A DNA stretch of 32,000 nt from Dickeya dadantii NCPPB 898 (lineage in GTDB: Bacteria > Pseudomonadota > Gammaproteobacteria > Enterobacterales > Enterobacteriaceae). Both the position numbers and the translations under genes were made by a program. The DNA is taken from the NCBI RefSeq assembly GCF_000406145.1, contig NZ_CM001976.1, forward strand, positions 3,203,206-3,235,205, written 5' to 3'. Below are positions 28,049-32,000 of this stretch, one piece after another. The first letter of the stretch is position 1, and each line of letters opens with the position of its first letter. Under the pieces are notes generated by a model. It worked only from the letters and a program-made list of their open reading frames with translations, had not been told where the DNA came from and searched no databases.

Positions 28049-28575
28049 TGATACTGCTCCAGTAACGAATCGATATCATCAGGCTTCAGCTGACTGTGGG
28101 TGTCCTCGTCGATCATCATGGTCGGCCCCTTGTCGCAGTTCCCCAGACAGCAAGTCGGCAGCAGCGTAAAGCGGCCGTCAAATGTGGTCTGGCCGGGCTT
28201 GATATTCAGCTTTCTCTCCAGCGCCGCCTGGATCCCCTGATAACCGGTGATATGGCACACCACGCTGTCGCAGTAACGGATCACATGGCGCCCTACCGGC
28301 TGACGGTAAATCTGGCTGTAGAACGTCGCCACGCCTTCCACGTCGCTGGCAGGAATGCCGAGCACCTCGGAAATGGCGTCAATCGCGCCATCCGGCACCC
28401 AGCCACGGTGCTTCTGCACAATCTTCAGCGCTTCAATAGACGCGGCGCGCGCATCTTCGTAGTGGTGTTTTTCATGCTCGATAGCGTCGCGCTCTGTGTC
28501 GCTTAACACAAAAATATCGCTGGCGGCCTGCGCCGGAGCATCGATCGAATCCTGAGTGTTGTTATGTTCGTGCAT
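28045..28575 (-). CDS. nuoE: NADH:quinone oxidoreductase subunit E ([2Fe-2S])
   Basis: 176 aa vs 166 aa in E. coli. Cluster ligands CDSVVC ... CLGNCDKGP. The stop overlaps the nuoF start (ATGA). Confidence 0.96.
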   Translation of the reverse strand: MHEHNNTQDSIDAPAQAASDIFVLSDTERDAIEHEKHHYEDARAASIEALKIVQKHRGWVPDGAIDAISEVLGIPASDVEGVATFYSQIYRQPVGRHVIRYCDSVVCHITGYQGIQAALERKLNIKPGQTTFDGRFTLLPTCCLGNCDKGPTMMIDEDTHSQLKPDDIDSLLEQYQ

Positions 28576-28577
28576 AA

Positions 28578-30377
28578 TTAGCGGTCCACATCTGACATGA
28601 CAAAATCAATACTACCGAGGTATACGATCAGGTCGGATACCAGGCAGCCGCGAATCACCGACGGAATCTGCTGCAGATGCGGGAAGCTCGGCGTGCGGAT
28701 ACGGGTTCGGTAGCTCATGGTGCTGCCGTCACTGGTCAGGTAGTAACTGTTAACCCCTTTGGTGGCCTCGATCATCTGGAATGATTCGTTAGCCGGCATC
28801 ACCGGCCCCCAGGAAACCTGCAGGAAGTGGTTAATCAGCGTTTCAATGTGTTGCAGCGTGCGCTCTTTCGGCGGCGGCGTGGTCAGCGGATGGTCGGCTT
28901 TGAACGGACCTTCCGGCATATTTTTCAGGCACTGTTCCAGAATACGCAGACTTTGGCGCAACTCTTCCACTTTCAGCATCACACGGCTGTAGCAGTCGCT
29001 GACGCCATCGCCCACCGGCACTTCAAAGTCGAAGTTTTCATAACCGGAGTAGGGCCGTGCTTTACGCACGTCGAACGCAATGCCGGTAGCGCGCAGACCG
29101 GCGCCAGTCACGCCCCACTCCAGCGCTTCTTTAGCGTTATAGGCAGCCACGCCTTGTGAACGCCCTTTCAGGATGCTGTTTTGCAACGCCGCCTTGACAT
29201 AGGTATCCAGACGTGCCGGCATCCAGTCGAGGAATTCACGCAACAAACGTTCCCAGCCGCGCGGCAGATCGTGCGCCACGCCGCCGATACGGAACCAGGC
29301 CGGATGCATACGGTAGCCGGTAATCGCTTCCACCAGATCGTAGATTTTCTGACGATCGGTAAAGGCGAAGAACACCGGCGTCATCGCGCCGACGTCCTGA
29401 ATGAAGGTACTGATGTACAGCAGGTGGCTATTGATACGGAACAGTTCGGACAGCATGACGCGGATAACGTTCACGCGCTCAGGCACCTCAATACCGGCCA
29501 GTTTTTCCACCGCCAGTACATACGGCATTTCGTTCACGCAGCCGCCGAGGTATTCGATACGGTCGGTGTAAGGGATATAGCTGTGCCAGGACTGGCGCTC
29601 ACCCATTTTCTCCGCGCCGCGGTGGTGATAGCCGATATCCGGGATACAATCGACGATCTCTTCGCCGTTAAGCTGCAGAATGATACGGAAAGCACCATGC
29701 GCGGACGGGTGGTTCGGCCCCAGGTTCAGGAACATGAAGTCTTCGTTGTCGGTACCGCGCTTCATCCCCCACTCTTCCGGTTTGAAAGTCAGGGACTCCA
29801 TCTCCATGTCTTCACGCTGTTTGGTCAGCACGAACGGATCGAATTCGGTGGCGCGCGCCGGGAAATCTTTGCGCAGCGGATGCCCCTGCCAGGTCTGCGG
29901 CATCATGATGCGCGTCAGGTGCGGGTGCCCTTTGAAGGTAATACCAAACATGTCCCACACTTCACGCTCGTACCAGTTGGCGTTGGGGAACAGTTTGATC
30001 AGGGTCGGCATGTTCAGATCGTTTTCCGACAACGCCACCTTCAACATGATGTCGCGGTTGCGCTCAATCGAAATCAGGTGATAGAAAACGGTAAAATCGG
30101 CATCCGGCAAGCCCTGGCGGTGGGTACGCAGACGCTCATCCACGCCATGCAGGTCATGCAGCATCACATAGGGTTTAGGCTGCTTTTTCAGAAAAGCCAC
30201 TACGTCCAGCAGTTGCTCACGTTTCACCCAAACCACCGGCAGGCCGGTGCGGGTTGCCTGAACGGTAAATGCTTCCGGTCCAAAACGGTTACACAGCTCG
30301 CTGACGACCGGATCATCCTGATGATCTCGGGTTTGCCACGCAGGCAGAGCGACATCGTGCGTCGTTAAATCTGTCAT
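28578..30377 (-). CDS. nuoC: NADH:quinone oxidoreductase fused subunit C/D
   Basis: 599 aa. The fused NuoC (30 kDa-like) N-terminal half and NuoD (49 kDa-like) C-terminal half are typical of enterobacteria. It ends ...[12 protein letters not shown] as in E. coli. Confidence 0.97.
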   Translation of the reverse strand: MTDLTTHDVALPAWQTRDHQDDPVVSELCNRFGPEAFTVQATRTGLPVVWVKREQLLDVVAFLKKQPKPYVMLHDLHGVDERLRTHRQGLPDADFTVFYHLISIERNRDIMLKVALSENDLNMPTLIKLFPNANWYEREVWDMFGITFKGHPHLTRIMMPQTWQGHPLRKDFPARATEFDPFVLTKQREDMEMESLTFKPEEWGMKRGTDNEDFMFLNLGPNHPSAHGAFRIILQLNGEEIVDCIPDIGYHHRGAEKMGERQSWHSYIPYTDRIEYLGGCVNEMPYVLAVEKLAGIEVPERVNVIRVMLSELFRINSHLLYISTFIQDVGAMTPVFFAFTDRQKIYDLVEAITGYRMHPAWFRIGGVAHDLPRGWERLLREFLDWMPARLDTYVKAALQNSILKGRSQGVAAYNAKEALEWGVTGAGLRATGIAFDVRKARPYSGYENFDFEVPVGDGVSDCYSRVMLKVEELRQSLRILEQCLKNMPEGPFKADHPLTTPPPKERTLQHIETLINHFLQVSWGPVMPANESFQMIEATKGVNSYYLTSDGSTMSYRTRIRTPSFPHLQQIPSVIRGCLVSDLIVYLGSIDFVMSDVDR

Positions 30378-30421
30378 AAATTATGTCACCACAGTAAACG
30401 TGCTATTTCTGTGACTGATAA

Positions 30422-30473
30422 TGGCTACACACGATTTATCGTGATATGAATTTATCGTGATCTTACGTAGCCA
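30422..30473 (-). repeat. Repeat structure in the 117-nt nuoB-nuoC spacer
   Basis: Perfect 12-nt direct repeat ATTTATCGTGAT at 30434-30445 and 30450-30461 (16-nt period). It is bracketed by the 7-bp inverted repeat TGGCTAC (30422-30428) / GTAGCCA (30467-30473). The first copy lies within the dyad CACGAT-tt-ATCGTG (30430-30443). Confidence 0.6.
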
Positions 30474-30494
30474 CTACAGCCTTCACTCACAGGG

Positions 30495-31169
30495 TCAAAT
30501 CTCATCAGGAGAACGCAGATTGGTTACCGCAATGCGTTCTCCACGTTTACGTTCGCGCTCGGATTGCATATTGGCGCGGTAAACCCCCTGATCGCCTACC
30601 ACCCATGACAGAGGGCGGCGCTCCTTACCGATGGACTCTTTCAGCAGCAACAGCGCCTGCATGTAGGCTTCCGGACGCGGCGGACATCCCGGGATGTACA
30701 CATCAACCGGCAGGAACTTGTCCACGCCTTGCACCACGGAATAAATATCGTACATACCGCCGGAATTCGCACAGGCCCCCATGGAAATTACCCATTTCGG
30801 CGCCAGCATCTGGTCGTACAAACGCTGAATGACCGGCGCCATTTTCAAAAAAGGCGTACCGGCCACGACCATGAAATCCGCCTGACGTGGTGAGGCGCGG
30901 ATAACTTCGGAACCAAAACGCGCAACGTCATGCACCGAAGTAAACGACGTCGCCATTTCCACGTAGCAGCAGGAAAGACCGAAGTTATAAGGCCACAGGG
31001 AATTGCTGCGCCCCCAGTTGACCATGCTGTGCAGCGACTGTTCGAGGTTGCCCATGAAAACGCTGCGATTGACATGCTGTTCAAGCGGATCGCTGACAAT
31101 CTCTTGCTTCTGGAGGGGGTAACGGTCGTTCTCACCGTCCGGGTCAATGCGGGTGAGCGTATAATCCAT
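30495..31169 (-). CDS. nuoB: NADH:quinone oxidoreductase subunit B (N2 cluster)
   Basis: 224 aa vs 220 aa in E. coli. [29 protein letters not shown], and Cys ligands in [18 protein letters not shown] and IPGCPPRPE. Confidence 0.97.
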   Translation of the reverse strand: MDYTLTRIDPDGENDRYPLQKQEIVSDPLEQHVNRSVFMGNLEQSLHSMVNWGRSNSLWPYNFGLSCCYVEMATSFTSVHDVARFGSEVIRASPRQADFMVVAGTPFLKMAPVIQRLYDQMLAPKWVISMGACANSGGMYDIYSVVQGVDKFLPVDVYIPGCPPRPEAYMQALLLLKESIGKERRPLSWVVGDQGVYRANMQSERERKRGERIAVTNLRSPDEI

Positions 31170-31188
31170 CTTCTAAATGCCTCGCTAT

Positions 31189-31632
31189 TTACTGCTGATG
31201 AGTGTTGGGGGTCTGAGCCACGACATTGGATTTCACGACTTGTCTTTTGGAACGCGAAGGCGTCCAGTCCAACGCGCCGATACGCACCAGATAGATCAAA
31301 CCAGCCAACAACACCAAAATGAAAATTGTGGCCTCGACGAAGCCTATCCAGCCGCTCTCCCGTATAGATACGGACCAGGCATAGAGATAGAGGGCTTCAA
31401 CGTCGAAAATAACGAAAAACATGGCGACCAGGTAAAACTTGGCGGAGAGGCGCAACCGCGCGGAACCAACGGAATCGATACCCGATTCATAAGGAATATT
31501 TTTGTGTCTGGCCCGGGCTCTGCCTCCCAACAGGAAGCCGCCGAGCAACATAAAGCCGCAGAGACCTACAGCAACGATAACGAATAGCGCAAAAGCCCAG
31601 TGATGGGCGAGGACTTCAGTAGTTGTTGACAT
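31189..31632 (-). CDS. nuoA: NADH:quinone oxidoreductase subunit A
   Basis: 147 aa, as in E. coli. [38 protein letters not shown] is identical to my recollection of E. coli NuoA. Confidence 0.96.
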   Translation of the reverse strand: MSTTTEVLAHHWAFALFVIVAVGLCGFMLLGGFLLGGRARARHKNIPYESGIDSVGSARLRLSAKFYLVAMFFVIFDVEALYLYAWSVSIRESGWIGFVEATIFILVLLAGLIYLVRIGALDWTPSRSKRQVVKSNVVAQTPNTHQQ

Positions 31633-32000
31633 ACTCTTGCTTACTCATCAAAAGTGATCAGACACCTGCTCTTTTGTCGGCAGTTCGTCGCCACATCGAT
31701 TAAAAGGAAGGATTTTTCGCCACAAAAACGCCACAACTTATAAGGTTAAGCAGCTGTTTAATGAGGCCTGATTCCCTGTTATGTAACCTTATTTTCAACG
31801 CCACTAAAAATAACAGCACATTACTTTACATGCACGCAGTTTCGTTAACATTTTGTGTGCAACACGTTGACTAAATCGAGTCAGTCGACCGCTTCACGTT
31901 AACGATTCCACCCGCGGAAAGCCCTTATTGGTAGGGTGACTATACCATTTTCGGCAAGAATTCCTGTTCCCCCATAGGGTTAATAGGGGTATTTTTTGAT
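31633..32000 (-). promoter_or_regulatory. nuo upstream leader/promoter region (truncated by the window edge)
   Basis: Non-coding, AT-richer DNA upstream of nuoA. Minus-strand candidate extended -10 TGgTATAGT (plus 31939-31947). Several TGTTA/TGTAA pentamers on the minus strand (plus about 31806-31853). Dyad TGACT-N6-AGTCA (31868-31883). No start site can be fixed from the sequence alone. Confidence 0.35.

Noticed and set aside
25694-28051. Very long antisense ORFs opposite conserved genes. Examples: 25694..28051 (+, 785 aa, spanning nuoG, the spacer and nuoF), 8153..10144 (+, 663 aa, opposite hybA and hybO), 5592..6860, 1401..2354, 16509..17834, 19848..21269, 24167..25561, 29181..30368, 10863..11699, 11790..12539, and 12672..13535 (-).
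   Set aside because: Nearly all of these (11790..12539 being an exception) share codon boundaries with the real gene on the other strand; start coordinates have the same value mod 3, for example 25694/26699/23858 and 8153/8120/9140. In that frame an antisense stop requires a sense TTA, CTA or TCA codon, and these are avoided in this GC3-rich genome. Their products are Arg/His/Gln/Gly-rich low-complexity strings with no SD or motifs, while the sense strands encode near-perfect orthologues.

Overview
32 kb of chromosomal DNA from an Enterobacterales genome of roughly 57-60% GC. The core proteins line up closely with E. coli K-12 orthologues as I remember them. GC content and gene neighbourhood suggest a Pectobacteriaceae such as Dickeya, but I cannot verify that. 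All genes but two are on the minus strand.

(i) 190-10267: an 11-gene, tightly overlapping uptake [NiFe]-hydrogenase-2 plus maturation cluster, hybO-A-B-C-D-E-hybF(hypA-like)-hypB-hybG(hypC-like)-hypD-hypE. It is preceded by about 590 bp of AT-rich control DNA carrying a perfect FNR box.

(ii) 10860-13547: the ABC-F ATPase ybiT (-) and a PhzF-family isomerase (+), arranged divergently.

(iii) about 13600-16520: a lower-GC islet. It holds a 29-codon gene missing from the ORF track, with its own sigma70 promoter, two CRP-type palindromes, an SD and a terminator. It also holds an orphan 737-aa three-domain multicopper oxidase.

(iv) 16524-31632: the complete NADH:quinone oxidoreductase operon nuoA-B-C(D fused)-E-F-G-H-I-J-K-L-M-N, with its terminator and about 370 bp of upstream region.

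I saw no tRNA or rRNA genes, CRISPR arrays, transposases, integrases or recognisable defence or toxin modules, and no convincing novel multi-gene system. The observations most worth follow-up are:
- the unannotated small gene
- the compositionally foreign multicopper oxidase, with a Met/His/Cys insertion and a non-Tat leader
- the very long poly-His tract in HypB (about 54 His)
- the FNR box and the anti-SD/SD inverted repeat in front of hybO
- structured intercistronic spacers inside nuo

All long antisense ORFs in the track are codon-aligned shadow frames and were rejected.
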